Assembly: GCA_051362555.1 (NCBI GenBank)
Contig: CM120643.1
Span: 3,100,001 to 3,164,000 of the forward strand
DNA length: 64,000 nt
Reading direction: 5' to 3'
DNA from: Lingula anatina
Taxonomy: Eukaryota; Animalia; Brachiopoda
Both the position numbers and the translations under genes were made by a program. The notes under the pieces were generated by a model. It did no database searches. It saw only the letters and a program-made list of their open reading frames with translations, and had not been told where the DNA came from. This document shows positions 49,863 to 64,000 of this stretch, piece after piece; the first letter of the stretch is position 1, and the number at the start of each line of letters is the position of its first letter.

Positions 49863-50748
49863 TGACAGTATCAAACCATGTAAGATAATAATCTTCTTTG
49901 AAAAGAGAACACAAATTCTTGATCCCGTGGAATCAAATAGACCTATGTTAAAAATATGAACTGAATATTGATACAAGCCTATGTTAAATGTATTTACAGT
50001 ATATCGCAAAATCGCACCCGCATCAAGAAGATCAAATAACGTGGGAAATACATAAAGAACTATAGGGGCTCTGGTACCTGTAGGTAATGTGAATTTATCT
50101 AGATGAAATTGCTGTACATCAAACATTTCACAAGTTCTATTCAAGTATAACGGTAAGGAGGGTTGTACCAAAAAAGTTTATCTGCATTTGTGTCGAACCT
50201 TGCAGACGATCTATATATGCAGGCGATATCTCTGTATGCACCACCTGCTGAACGAGGCCATTTGATAAAACAGTCGGTATAGGAATCTGAGTACTCTGAG
50301 CAAAGATGGCGCTATTTGGCCATTTTGATGTACGTCTCTAGACCTCAAAGTCAGAAATATCGGTACAGAAGGAACAGGGCCTTCCCAAACCGAAAAAAAA
50401 GACTGAGCTGAAGTAGGGACTATATCCGTTGGGGTGATATAAGCGTAAGTATGAGCACAGTCAATTGCAAGGAATGGAGAAAGGTGTAAAATTATTTTTC
50501 TGTCGGGGATGTCATCATATTATCGATTTAAAGACTAGTTGCATACAGTTCAGGCTCGTTTATTTTTCCTCTGTTGAGGAGGATAGAATTTCCTCTTCAT
50601 CTAAATTTTATGATCATGATACCCTGCAGTTTGCCTTCCGCTAAAAGTACGTAAAGAGCCATTTGCAATTACCATTTGGGGATATCTGTCGGACAGACAG
50701 ATAGACGGACAGGCGACAGACACAAGGGTGACAGGCTTCCTTGAATTT

Positions 50749-51131
50749 TCTTTATCCGCCTGGAAGGGAATTTGGCAGCGTGTTGAGCTTGATAAAATAC
50801 TTAAGCGCTAAGCCTCATTGGATATGTACTGGCACATATATTTGAGGTTTCACATTTTCTGTACAAATCACATCATAGAATTGACACCTCTGTTCAAAAG
50901 TGAAAATGCTGAATGAACAAAAACTGAAAATGCAATAACACTTTACTCCCCTTATGTTAGAAGAAAGTGGTCCTTTAACCGAGCATACATAGGCAGCATT
51001 CAGAACAGTGGACTAACTAGTCCGATGATCAAATATGGCCGACCCACTTGAATACTTTCCCAAGGGATATCAATTCAGTATATATCTATTGGCGGATTAG
51101 ACGGCAAGCTTTTTAGTAGGTCGCCATATTT
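50749..51131 (+). repeat. 383-bp direct duplication, copy 1 (copy 2 at 51886-52268)
   Basis: Offset 1137; a handful of substitutions; copy 1 ends inside a MITE that is complete in copy 2. Confidence 0.9.
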
Positions 51132-54100
51132 AGTGAAGCAAGAGTAACACATGTGAGGAAGCCATTTTGTCTAATGTTGAATCCTTACCAACCTTCAACG
51201 ATGGATCTAACTAAAACTTAAAAACTCGTGTATTTCGTGTTGTCTTTCACCCATATACCGGGCATGTTATGTAACATGGCACGGGGAATTTCTTAACGCC
51301 TTTGTTTTTAATATTGTGCTATGTTACCTTCTAACAAGGCCGCATATTTAATATTATTTGCACCTTTTATCTGACACGGTTCTTTTAAAAAACATTTTGA
51401 CAACTTTTTGACAATAATATGCTTAGACTTAAAATGGCTTGATAAGGCGCCTGCATAATGACCCTTACTAAGGGACCCTGTAAAGGGTCGTGTCCTTTCT
51501 TTGAGCCCTTCTTTCTTTTTTCTTATCGATGAACCAATGAGATAATTAATGAAGACAAATAGCTCAGGAGAGGAATTATTCAAGTTTTAACGTGTAATCA
51601 TCTGGCACAGCCTTCCTGATGGTCATATGTTCTTGAACATGGCAGAGCCCAGACCAGACTAGCTCACAAAGGACCCAAATGGACTTAAAACATCTTTTTT
51701 CGTGAATAGTGAAATCGCTTCTCAAGAACCCTAGATTCCTGCACATTTATCTGACGTGCATCCTTTTACAGAATTGATGGCATTCCTGTCATTTGTAGGC
51801 GTTTTCTATGATGAAATTACTGCTATTAATCAAATAAAAAACTCTTTCTGAATACGGTTCATTACAGAACTATGTTTTTATGAAATCTTTATCCGCCTGG
51901 AAGGGAATTTGGCAGCGTGTTGAGATTGATAAAATACTTAAGCGCTAAGCCTCATTGGATATGTACTGGCACATATATTTGAGGTTTCACATTTTCTGTA
52001 CAAATCACATCATAGAATTGACACCTCTGTTCAAAAGTGAAAATGCTGAATGAACAAAAACTGAAAATGCAATAACACTTTACTCCCCTTATGTTAGAAG
52101 AAAGTGGTCCTTTAACCGAGCATTCATAGGCAGCATTCAGAACAGTGGACTAACTAGTCCGATGATCAAATATGGCCGACCCACTTGAATACTTCCCCAT
52201 GGGATATCTATTCAGTATGTATCTATTGGCGGATTAGACGGTAAGCTTTTTAGTAGGTCGCCATATTTGATCCTCGGACTATTTACTCCACTGTTTGAAT
52301 GCCGCCATACTGTAACTATGTTTGGAACTGGTCGGCACAAACAAGAACATAATCAAGGAATAGTAGAAACATTGGCGAATCGTACTCTGGTAAAATATTC
52401 GCAGTAGCTTTGCAGCGTAATGTGCATAGTATACAACCATAAATTTATAGGAACGCCTGTTTTGAAATTTCTGTAAACGTACTTAAAAATGCAGGTCAGA
52501 TTGTTCTCCTGAGCATAGTGAACGCTAAGCAAACACTGGGGATTGGCCAAAAACCCAGCCATAAAGCTGCGCCAGGTGTTCAACTGAGTGGAACTTATCC
52601 CCTAAAGTATAGCGAACGGGAATGGGAATTATTGGTGGCTCAAATGGCCAATATTCAGTTCAACCATGCCATCATTACGTTAGTCGAAAACAGTAATTTT
52701 TTGAGCGAGCGCAGTTAAGTTAATGTAGACAAATGACTTAAAACATACGTGCAGCTTATGCTTGGTTTAACTTCCATGTCGCGGACCGGAGATCAGTTAC
52801 CGTAGCTGATGGGCTATTTGAAATGGATATCGGGTGATTGATTTTGAAAATAATAACATCAGGTTGTACACTAAATAGGTGAATTGGTAGGTACTTTCTG
52901 AACAAGCATTTCAAAGTAAGACACGTTAACAGTTTCATGTTCTTAATTCTGTTGACAAGACAATAACTATGCCCTCTGTTTTAGGTAGATCCGTTCAAAG
53001 CATTTTCTGATACGCTGGAGCTTAAACAAGATGTTTAATTAACAAAGAATTTCTTTCACATCAGAATAAGTGACTAGTAAAATTCCAATAATGTAGATAT
53101 TGCTTCCAATTCGGAGTCTGCTCTTATGAAAAACACCCAAGACTGTATCTATAGCCTGTTTCAAAAAAAAAAAAAAAAAAAAAAAAAACTTCTATCCCCA
53201 ATGTGATCTTATCTTATAGGTAAAACTTTGTCAACCCGCATAGTGGCGTTAACTGACATTCTATCTGCTTCGCAGGCATTGATGATCCTTAACTAAGAGA
53301 AAATTAAGGACAAGTGCGCAATAGCAATTAACGAGTTTCTGTTTTGCGTGGTGAAAACTGATGCTTATATCAAATTAGAGATCTTATAGTCCATGCCATT
53401 GAAATAAGCTATAATAATACCGGGATTACGTCAAGACTGCCTAAACTAACCACGTAAGTTACTGGCCCGGGTGATTCTATCATTTTGTCAAACGCAAGGC
53501 TAATTGAAATTGACTGATAGAATGAAAAATAGATTATTTAATGCAAAACTAATCCCACCATAAGAGCCCACACTGACAAATGGACATGGCAAGTGAAATG
53601 GAAATACAGAGATTACGTATTATTGCATCGAGCATTTGGACAAAACCTAATTGAAAGAGAGACTGCGTCTCCAGTTAATAGACGAATTCTAAGAAAAGTC
53701 ATTCTAATGGCTCATTTAAAGTGCCTCATTTAGAATAAAGAGGAATATATAATAGCAAATAATGAGCCATCAGTGTGACTTATTTAAGCTCGTTACGGTT
53801 TGCGGTTGGACATATTAGGGTTTCTGAGATCTGTGCGGCAAACCGCAAAAGCGAACCTTGATGCACCGATACACTCCCATCTTCTTTAATTTGTGTCCTG
53901 TGAAGTAAACACGATACATAGATATCTTACAGTACATGCATTCAACTGAGGTAACTTATTTGGTGTTCATAATTCCTGAAATTTTGCGAAATCTCATGAC
54001 GTTTACAATGCTACAGTAACTCAACAGAGATCACCAGAATTTAAAACTAAAGCAAAACATGTCATTACGTACTATCTACAGGTTGGGCGGTGGGAATCTG

Positions 54101-57100
54101 GGTGATTGAGGGAAAAGAAATAGGCAAGAGATATTTGCGAATATTTGTAAAAAAAAAACTCTCTCAGTGTCATAACGTAAATGTAAAACTGCATGTTCGT
54201 TTATTCTAGTGAACGTTACACACATTACGGATATTACCCAAGTGAACCATAACGAGGCTGACGGCAGTGTGAGACTTTATACGAGACAACTGGTAAAAAA
54301 GTGCGAGATCTTTTAAGCGATAAGTACGAATTCGTCAGTTAGCTCCGGAAGAGAGCTAAGCAAAAGCGTAAAATGAGAAAAAAACATGAATTCGTAATGT
54401 TGTGGAATAGTCTGTAATTCGACAAAACTTTTAAAGATAAGGCGATCAGAGAAACATTCGTGTATAGATTTGACAGCCTTTAATTGTTGTGCCATCTCAA
54501 TCCCTAATCCGCCAATGGTTCTAACCTTACATTCCTCTAAAACCCGATAGATTCTACGCTAAGACGCGAGACGTCGTTCTATTTTGGATAATGCCCATTA
54601 CTTACGTTAATAAAACATTGCTTTTCAAACTCGCCATCTAGCTGCATAACACTCACGCCATATGCATGCTTCCGTCAGGACGTAAATGTTTTTATCATAA
54701 AATCAATTTCTAGGAAATCGTTTTTTATTCATAAAGTAACGTTTGCTTTTTCATATGTTAAGGAGATAAGACAGATGACGTACTTGTCGCTGCAACATTA
54801 AAGAAACGCGCATTGGGGTTTGCTTCCTTTCAACAAGGGGTTTCAAACGTTGATCGAGCAGAAGCAAGTTAAGGTAAACACGTGTTTCTTTCAGATAAGC
54901 GGTTAAGATCGCATGGTGTATTGAGTGATTGCTATAGACTTGCCTGCATTTTCTGCGTGTGCCATTGGCATAATTTCTTTAAAGAAACGGCAACATAACC
55001 GGAGAATGGCGTTTTGACCTGGACAGAGCCACCATTCTCGTTAATATTTCTTAAACTCGGAGGGTTATTTATTTTCAAGGATGTCGCATTTAGTCTCAAA
55101 GTAGTTGTGCGTTGGAAACTTATTTAGATATCTGCAAAGCTTTTTGCTGGTCCACACATTTCTTTCTACAGATTCCATAGCAAGAGATGTCTGCTTCATC
55201 GCTATATTTAACCATTAAAAAATACACTGACCTAGTCATCGATATTGCAGTAATTATAGTTATAATGATGAAAATGGTAATAATGTTCACTTAAAGCATA
55301 ACATCCATTTGAAGTGTTTAGTAGGTTTTACAAAATAGTGATCGAAGAAAGGTACACACAATATCAAGTGTTATATAAAGAGTTAGATATTAAAATAGTA
55401 AATATTTAGTACAAAGTTAATCGGTCAATTAGCACCCAGTCTATTCAGCTATAAACTTTTAAGAAATACATACGTTTGGTGCTCTTTTTTCATTTAAAAT
55501 TGTCACGAGTCTTTATGATTGTCAAATGCATTCACTTAAGAATTGCTTCCATAAACTTGGAGAGTTAAGCCACAGTGGGCCTTTGATCTAGCTTTTCTTT
55601 ATCAAGCAACCTTAACTTAGATTTGCAATATGTTAGAGTAGGTTCAGTAAGTAAGGGACACCGACTGATAAAATAATACATGCATCCTGCTACGGAAAGC
55701 TCAGTCCTTCACGTCTAACCTTCATTCGTAATCATTAGGCTTCGAAATAGCTTCCTAGATATACAGAGATGTTAACCAGAGTGTTAGCTTTTACTGGAAA
55801 TTCAGATAACCCGGTAATTTTACTGGTAGTGAATGTGACATACTCTGTACTTATCAAAGTGAATATGAAGATTGATTAGTAATAACGCAGTGTATGGAAA
55901 CACAATAAAGCTGACCCCGTTGTATACGGTTTTCTTAATCCACTCCCAAGGGTGTCATTATGTAGTCCAGAAAAAGTTTTTATTCTAATAGTTAAACAAC
56001 AAGAAAGTTTAAAGACACTTTCTAGTTAAAATACTTATTAACATCTATTTTAAACTTTAAAAATTGCAAATAAAAAACAATCGCTTTTAGTACGCGTGTA
56101 AAGATAAATATCTCATATTCTGATTAACGAGATACAATTTGTATGATGACTAACATTAGCGTTTAAGTGTTTTAGACCCCCTGCCGATGGTAATACAATC
56201 AACAGGTTTGCAGATCGTTAGTCGCATGATAAGAGAGAGTTCATTTATTGAAAATGTGAAACGTTGTACCCCCTTAGGTTGACCCAAAATTTCAGCTCGA
56301 TGCTTAACAAAAATGAGGCCCGTCGCACAGACGGGACAGGGCGCTGAAGACTATTCCTAGTCAGTTGTGTCAGTCATTGAGATGACCAGTCCATCCACGC
56401 CATTTACTAGTGAAATGTTTCAGCCTGCGACCGCCTCGTCGGTCATTTGCTAATGTAAGTCCCATTATCGGAGTTAGACACAGTTCTCATTCTGAAATCA
56501 TGTTATGCAATTGAACGTGGCCAGATATGCTTCTGGCAGGGCCGCTTAGTGTCACTAAGCCCAGGTTCTATTTCCAGAAATGTTACTACATCAGTGCTAC
56601 TGTATTAATCCATTTGACCTAGTTTCATGTGTTTTTAACCAAAATGAACAATTGTGATTATGGACGGAATGGTTCGTGTACACATGATATAAACAGTTTT
56701 TATGTCTGAATAACCTGCATTCGGATTGTACAGGATGGTAAAACATAAATCATTGAAATGACATGCAATATATCCATTATCTTGGTCACAATTCGCCTGT
56801 ATTGTCAATTAAATAATCCTTCCAAACGCGTATTAAATTTTCCACACACGCGGCTTCACAATCTGCAGGGCCCAGCTGTGAGTCATCGATACTGGAAGTT
56901 GCCATGCTTTTAAAATAATCCTTCAATTAATCATTAGTGTGTTTTGCTTGTCTATTATTCAATTTTCATTGTTTTTTTCTTTTGTTTTTTGTTTTTATTT
57001 TATTTATTTCTCTGTGTGTCTATGCGTGTTTCTGATTGTCAAAGTGATATTATCAGAGTAATATCTATTAATATTATATTTATTAAGACTATCCTTTAAA

Positions 57101-57842
57101 TCAAATGTTCTACCAGCGGATTCTTTTCAGGTTGCAGCGTCAGTTAATTTCCTCAATGTCATAAACGCATTTGATGTTTTGATAATGTACATTCAACCAA
57201 ATTCCCCACACAGAATCTAGATACGACAAGAAAGAATTATTACCACGTACATCTCAGTACCCACTACTGTCAGTGGAATTGGGCTTTGTTTCAATGTTAA
57301 ACCTAATAAAAGCCATGTTAGTAATTGAAATCCATAAGGAGTGGGGAGTGTTTTGTAGAGTCACTGAGTTGACTGACATGGTCTTATGATATTTATACAA
57401 CTGCGTGTATAATGTAAACGAGAGAAAGCCGCTAGAGAAAGCATGAGGTAGAGATAGAAATGGAAGAAAGCGGCGTTGAAACCAACGGGAAAGTAGTTTG
57501 GAACATAATATTAAAGATTATAACAGAGTTGTATTTTACTACCTTGCGTAATAACAAAAGACAAAGACAACATGCGCACGAAAACGAAGTAGATACTCCA
57601 GCGCAGTAGACTACTGTAATCATACTGCAAACATGCTTCAAATCTGCTTCGATGTGGGAGCTAATTAGCATATTTGAAACATGCTTCTATCATGCTGCTA
57701 ATCTACTGCATTAATGCTCCTCCTCTGTACAACCCTATGTAATTTTTGAAGTAGAATTGCAGTAGGCTATACTGCATTTCTACTGCAAATATGCTCCACG
57801 CCACTACTGCGTTAATGCTTCTTTGCTACTTCGATACTACTG

Positions 57843-58698
57843 CACAGTGCGCTTCGCTATGCCGAGGGTTCGCTATGCCGAAGGTTCGTAATGCCGAGGG
57901 TTCGCTATGCCGAAGGTTCGCTATGCCGAAGGTTCGTAATGCTGAGGGTTCGCTGAGCCGAAGGTTCGCTATGCCGAGGGTTCGCTATGCCGATTGTTTT
58001 TATTTGTTGCCTAGTTGAATTAACGCAATTAATTATCAAAAGTAACACAGCACACAAATATAAAACTATATGTAATTAAATAAATAATAAATAGTAATGA
58101 AATAGATAATTACAAAAATACGAAGCTAAAATAACTGTAGGTGACAATTACGACTACTAAAAGTATAAATGATAATAAATAAAAAGATGTTAATTTTACA
58201 CACACCCAATAACTACAACAAGTTCGCCAAAAATAATTAGAGAAAGTTTACTTTTCAGTAATTTCCTAAATGTGGGTGACGCCCATAGTGTCAAAAATAA
58301 TTAATAAATTAACTTACAAAACTGATTATTTAAAGCGATTTAAGATGTCTATGTCCATAAGGATAAACCTTCAATTCGCAGTTTTAACAAATTCAAATAG
58401 TACGGATGGAAGAAGAGAACTTTTAAAACTCGTTTATTTAAAAAAAAGGCCACTGCTCGTCACGTTACATAACAAGCACAATGGGTGATGGGTAGCCGAC
58501 TTTTTCGGCGCAGCGAACCCTCGGTGCAGCGACCCTTTCGGCACAGCGAACCAGATCCTTTCGGCACAGCGAACCCTCGGCATAGCGAACCTTTGATTTT
58601 GGGGCTCCGGAAAAACTTAGCCGATTTTAGACCAATTTTCCGGTTTTGTCGGCACAGCGAACCCTCGGCACAGCGAACCTTCGGCACAGCGCGCTGTC
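57843..58698. mobile_element. Foldback-type element with arms made of inverted 16-bp minisatellite
   Basis: Left arm (GGTTCGCTATGCCGA[A/G])n at 57853-57993; right arm (CGGCACAGCGAACC[C/T]T)n at 58505-58692; termini ACAGTGCGCT / AGCGCGCTGT; AT-rich spacer. Confidence 0.7.
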
Positions 58699-60179
58699 CC
58701 CCTACTCCATTTTCTTGCGAGGCAACTTTAAATTCCGCTGTTGGTCACTGATGATAGTTCATAGTTCAGTTTTTATCAGTCATTAATGTAATAAAAGTGT
58801 ACTCTTTGCACTTGTGCTTTCTCCATGCAGTTGCAGTGAATTTCTTAACAAATTACCCCCTATACAATGTATATAACTAAGTGGAAACCCTTTGGTGCAG
58901 TTACATGGGTCCTATAACGAGCCATATCCCCATGTCACAAGTTTTGTTTTCAACTCAGCCATTCATGTTTTGACTGTGCTTGTATGTCATCCTGCAGATT
59001 ATCGATATTTCTCCCCGTCTCATGGCGTAGAAGATAAAAGCCTTACTGGAAAATTGAAAAAAAAGTGTAGGTTCTTCTGATTGCGCCATTACGGATGTTA
59101 AATAAAGCAGTTCCCACGACGTAAAAAAAGGAAATGTTGTTTGAACTATCATAAGATCGAACCAAAACTGATAACATGGGAGTCTGTTTCAAAGATATGA
59201 CCTTTTTTTGATAACTTGTAGAGTATGCACCTTGAAGGTATCTCCAAAAAGGCTTATAACCATGTTACATGTACACGTCAGGCAAATATTTAAAATCAAA
59301 CAGGGTATTTGTATATTCCAACTTCTTCCCGTTTTCATTAGGGGTAAACAAGTAGTACTATTTCTATGGGGTCAACCTTTTCAAAAAGAGGGCACTCATT
59401 AAAATAAAGCACATATTTCTTGCTATCTACATGTAAACTTATCTTAAGTTTTGGCCACTTTAAGATAAACATTCCACAAAAGACGTGGGGAGACTAGCAT
59501 TTCATTCTTTGTTTTTACCATTTTTAACATTAATGTTCTAAATAAAGCATGGCAACGGGTGTTTGCTGATTGCACTAGCTTACAAATACTCGATTATTAC
59601 TATGAGGATACCCTCCAAGCCTCTTCCGTCCATATTCTCTATACAGTGCACTGCAAAGTTAAGTTCTGGGGGCGTTTTCTGCCCTTTCTGACAGACATAT
59701 CAGATGAAAGAAGCGTGCCTAGTGGATTTTCACGTCAATTTTAATAAATCTATCCTAATATTTAGCTTTCGTCTCTTTATTTCAACAAAATAGTGACCAC
59801 CCGGCAGTCTGCAGGCTATCTTGCTAAAGGCCATAGCTTAACAGATGCTTTGTTTTATTTGAGTAGTCGTGGCATGATCAAAATAGTTCATGTTCGGTTT
59901 AAATATTGAAACATGGTAACCAGGATCAAAGAGAAAGCTAGAAGTGAGATCAAAGTTCCTACAATGAAGTCAGTTAACGTAAGTACCCTTCGGATTACAT
60001 TACATAGGTTTCAAAGTTGAAATTGGAAATGGTATTCATTATTTGCAGTTTCATATAACATACTTTGTATGTTGTTGTATCTTCGTCTTGTTATCTTTAA
60101 TCAAAGCCGGCGTCAGCGTCTGGAGGAATTAGGTTCTCAGATATGACCTGAGACAGGGAGTATTGGACTTTGGTACTTC

Positions 60180-60570
60180 AACAACAATCAGATTCAAAAT
60201 TGGCCTAATCTGCAAAGCCGTGGCGGTTTGCTGTTCGGCCATGGCAATATGGCGCTTGAAAATAACATCAGTGAATTGCTTAGAACAGCCTATAGGCACT
60301 CCAGAACTGAATTACAGTCAAATCGTTTTGGAATTTCGGAAAAGCTTATCGCCTTGCCCTACGCCACCTACAGGGATGGATTTTGCCATTGCCCAGAATT
60401 TGCATACACTGACATTTGAAGCCATTGAGTTTATTTTCGTGAGCAGTTTGCCTATATATTACTTTTTGAGCAATTTATAAAACTACAAGCCTTGATCGAC
60501 ATTGTTGAACGCTTTATCAAAGTCTACATTTGTGGGAGACGTAACGTTTTATTTTTGTTGATTAAGGAAT
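60180..60570 (-). mobile_element. Ancient degenerate non-LTR retrotransposon RT fragment (RTE-X/CR1/L2-type)
   Basis: Minus-strand frame reads VDFDKAFNNVDQGL*FYKLLKK*YIGKLLTKINSMASNV...GVGQGDKL, matching RT motifs VDFxKAFDxV..LWYKLL..GK..IKSMY and GVRQGDNL. Not in the ORF track because of stops. Confidence 0.7.
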
Positions 60571-63500
60571 TACGTAACGGAAGCCACTTTATTCGTGGAA
60601 TCGAAATTTTGAAAAGGTGGGAAAATATCCATACGACCTACCATTGGTGGTCAGCTTAACGTGAACTCTGAAGCTTGCCATTTACAAGATACCTATGACA
60701 CGTCAATAATGCTATTTCCGAAAAATTGCGTGAAATTAATGAATAAACAGATAAGACGAATATCCGTCAGATATGACATTTGCATAAGAGATAAGCAGTG
60801 ATCATCGAAGGCTAATAGTTATAAACCGCATTGGGACCTGATAAGTAAGATGTATTCAGCCCTCGTTGGTCCCAGCTGGAGGAAACGTGTCTGTGTAAAA
60901 ATGTTGATAAGGACAAAAGAACTTACCAGTACCATTATGGAAAGACCAAGCGTTTAGTTGTGCAGATAGCCGGACTATAAGTCCTGGAGAAGTAAATGGC
61001 ATTTGACAAAATTTGAGCGAAGGGCTAGTTTGTGGGGTACGTTTATTGTGTTATTTGGATTTAGCATCTACTGCTGAAGACCGTTAAACAACTTTTTCGT
61101 GCTTATGCAATTTCAGAGTTTCATTTATTTGTTCATCGTCTTCAGTCATTAATTCAGGACCAGTGAAACCTCACAAGCGAGAGACTGCACGGAGAAAGGT
61201 TGTAGCAAGGAAGGAAAGAAAGGGGCGCTTTCTAAATGGCGTCCAGGTGAAGTATAAATATCACAACCAGTTGTTTTTGGAGTATTAAGTGCCAGTGTTT
61301 CGCCTTCTGTACCTGTTACGTTAGTCCGAACAATAGCGTCTTCAAGGTGAACACCGTGAAGACCTATCCCTGCCACAGATCTTTGGTGTATTTAAATTCC
61401 CCGATAAGATTAAAGGTACATGCGAACCGAGCATCGGTGGAGCGTGGATTCCCAGTAACACATGTAAACCACTTCTACTAGATTCTTATATGACTCAAAT
61501 AAATTTGACATGCCAAGGGATAAACTGAATAGATCACTCGATCAGCCATAAAAGACCTTTAGACTGCTCCTTTCTTTAAATTTATGGTTGTAAATTTAAC
61601 CTACTTCCGTGACCTACTTTCCTGCCCCATTGACATACAGCTTAGAATGCTAGCAGAAAAATCTGTTCAAACATCATTTTCGGGTAAAATTAAACAATGC
61701 CTTTTGGTAATTCTCTTAGTTATACTACTTGAAACTATATGCTGGCATTTGATTGGTTTTTGTGACAAAAAATTGACTTTGTATGTATCTTTAAATGTCA
61801 TCACCCACTATAACTGTATTTGATTTTCCAAGGGTTTGTCAATGTTCATTATCATAATTTTGCTTTTTTTTTTTTCACTTGTGTTTCGCTACCTTTGTAG
61901 TTTTGCCGTTTGATGAACAATCTGACGTGAAAGGAAAATGTTTACCGATTTTTAAAAAGATTTCTGCCGAAGCCTATCAAAATAGGCCCAGGCAAAGGTT
62001 TTCGATTTAGGACTGGTTCATAAAGCAGTAATTTTAGACTTCTGGGACCTAACACATGGCATTATATGTGTAAATTACAAGGCACAGAACGGTTGAAGAT
62101 ATTGTTACTCTTCAGAAAAAAGGCTATAAATACCCTTGCTTTTATGCGTTCTACCTGTGGCAAGTGTAAAGTGACAAAATTCAAATCGCACATGAAATTG
62201 TGCCCTACGCTTTTTTCTAGAAACTGTAAGGTTTGTGAACTGCTTCTGCAACGTTATTAAAACTGATTTTCACATTTAAAGTTTTATCATGAACATGAAA
62301 CTGGCTAAATCACGTATTCTTCATCAATTAGCGTGAGGCACGATATGAGGGCGGGTAGGCCTTAAGTTTTGCAACCTTTTTGGTAGCTAAAGAAACGCGT
62401 GCGTTCAAGTATTCGACGAACTAACAACGGCCTCAAGGATAGATCCCTATAGAGGAAATAAATGAAATTAATTGACCCTCGTGCATTAAGTGTAATGCTG
62501 AAAACGCCATAAGGTACCTTCAAATACCATCCACTTTTCCACAAAACATCATTAATTTACGCAATGGGCAATCGACCCGATTTAAAATCCGTTGAGAATT
62601 GGAGTTTAAAACACCCATAATGCCTGGCTTTACCGTGAATAGAGAAGTCATCTACTGCGTTTTTAGATAAAATGAAGCCCGTGACACAATACTGTCCTTC
62701 ACAATACATCATAATATTCATATCATCCAATTTACAATGAAAATATCCCTATCAAAGCCAACATTGATGTACTGGGGTTTCGAAAAATGGATGGAAATGT
62801 CCAGTGCGTGATATGACCTTATTTGAGCTAAATTCATATACCAGCCGATATTTTTAAATAATTAAATTTACATTTCTAATTAAAATGAGATTTCCATCTG
62901 CTTTGGAACCCTGTACTCAACACGTTTTTTTCCCCAGATTGTTATGGGTATTACTAACTTCTGGCGTAAGAGATGGAGGGACATTTAATGCTGCTCGACA
63001 GTCCCGTTATGATCAGGCTCTATGGGATTTTAGATTGATGTAAGCAGTATAAGAGATTTGAATGGGAACTGGGTTGTTTTATCATGGCATTCTCTGTCTA
63101 GAGTAAAGCTGATGAACATCCCTTTTATACCGGCTGGAAGATGTAGTTAGTAAAAGTCCCATTGTGAATAATATCTTTTGACAGCAGAAACATGTTGGTT
63201 GTATTAATAGTCGATTTTATATGTCCATATAATCTACATTTCATCGGATTATTTTTTCTCAAAATCTTTCTGCCAAGTTACTGAAAAGTTATACCACTGA
63301 AATATTTACACAGTTTAATACTAAAATAATTTACATAGGTACCGTGTCCGGGATAATCTCTCCAAATCGAAGTTTCCCTAAAATGCCCCTATTCACGAGT
63401 CATTACTGGATCTGACCGTGCACCATGATTCGACGTTTTATATAAATTCTTAAAAAATTACCAGTAGTTTTGAAAATTCCAAGTAACTTTTGGACTGCTA

Positions 63501-64000
63501 AACATGTGTCTCCTGGCACATTTCGGGTGGTTATATCTATATTAGGTTCTTTACTGTGAGGGATTTTTATCGTTTTTATCTAATTATAAATAAAGAAACA
63601 GTATCTTTGCACAGTATGTTGACACGGAAAATGTGACTTTAGGGCAGGTTCAAGGGCGGACAGTATATGATGGATTGCTTAAGCTTCGACCTACTACATA
63701 GAAGCACGTCTAAATGATAACGTGTATAATGGAGAAGGACTCGGTCTTTTCATGATTATTAGCGGAACGTCTGTCTTAATGTACAGCTCTACCATTACTG
63801 TGGCAGCAGAGCTCACTGGAGTGAGAGAGTCGATCATTTACGTTAACGCTTTTGCCCGATGATTGAAAACTGGGATGACGTACTGGGACATATTTTCTCA
63901 CTGATTTATGGCATAGCGTGACTGTTGTTCATCTTTGTTCTTGTTGGAGGTAGCTTTTCTCAGTAGTGGTTTACTTTGCCAGAAGTTGGCGAGGATGAAA

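Noticed and set aside
61149-61376. 75-aa ORF in a GC-richer patch
   Set aside because: Non-ATG start, no recognisable motif and no clear splice boundaries.

Overview
AT-rich eukaryotic (metazoan, probably lophotrochozoan/mollusc-like) genomic DNA with spliced genes and many non-autonomous transposons. There is no sign of prokaryotic systems, CRISPR or rRNA/tRNA. Left half: (1) a badly decayed minus-strand gene with possible PGAP4/TMEM246-like motifs (~3.4-5.1 kb) behind a probable bidirectional promoter. (2) A plus-strand gene with three coding exons for a ~193-aa single-pass membrane protein with a PPSY (PY) motif (9292-18457). Its 8.25-kb intron is almost entirely Helentron-like elements with a nested THAP-encoding Kolobok element, and its splice donor is tandemly quadruplicated. 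(3) A convergent minus-strand gene for a secreted somatomedin-B/Cys-rich protein resembling an adhesion-GPCR ectodomain (31462 to 21733). It carries an in-frame TGA, an antisense L1/Tx1 fragment in an intron, and a ~430-bp insert containing the intact first coding exon of DNALI1 (axonemal dynein p28), in frame. Right half (32-64 kb): no recognisable genes, only MITEs, microsatellites, a degenerate RT fossil and a recent A-B-A...B templated duplication. All gene models were inferred by eye from splice signals and reading-frame phase.
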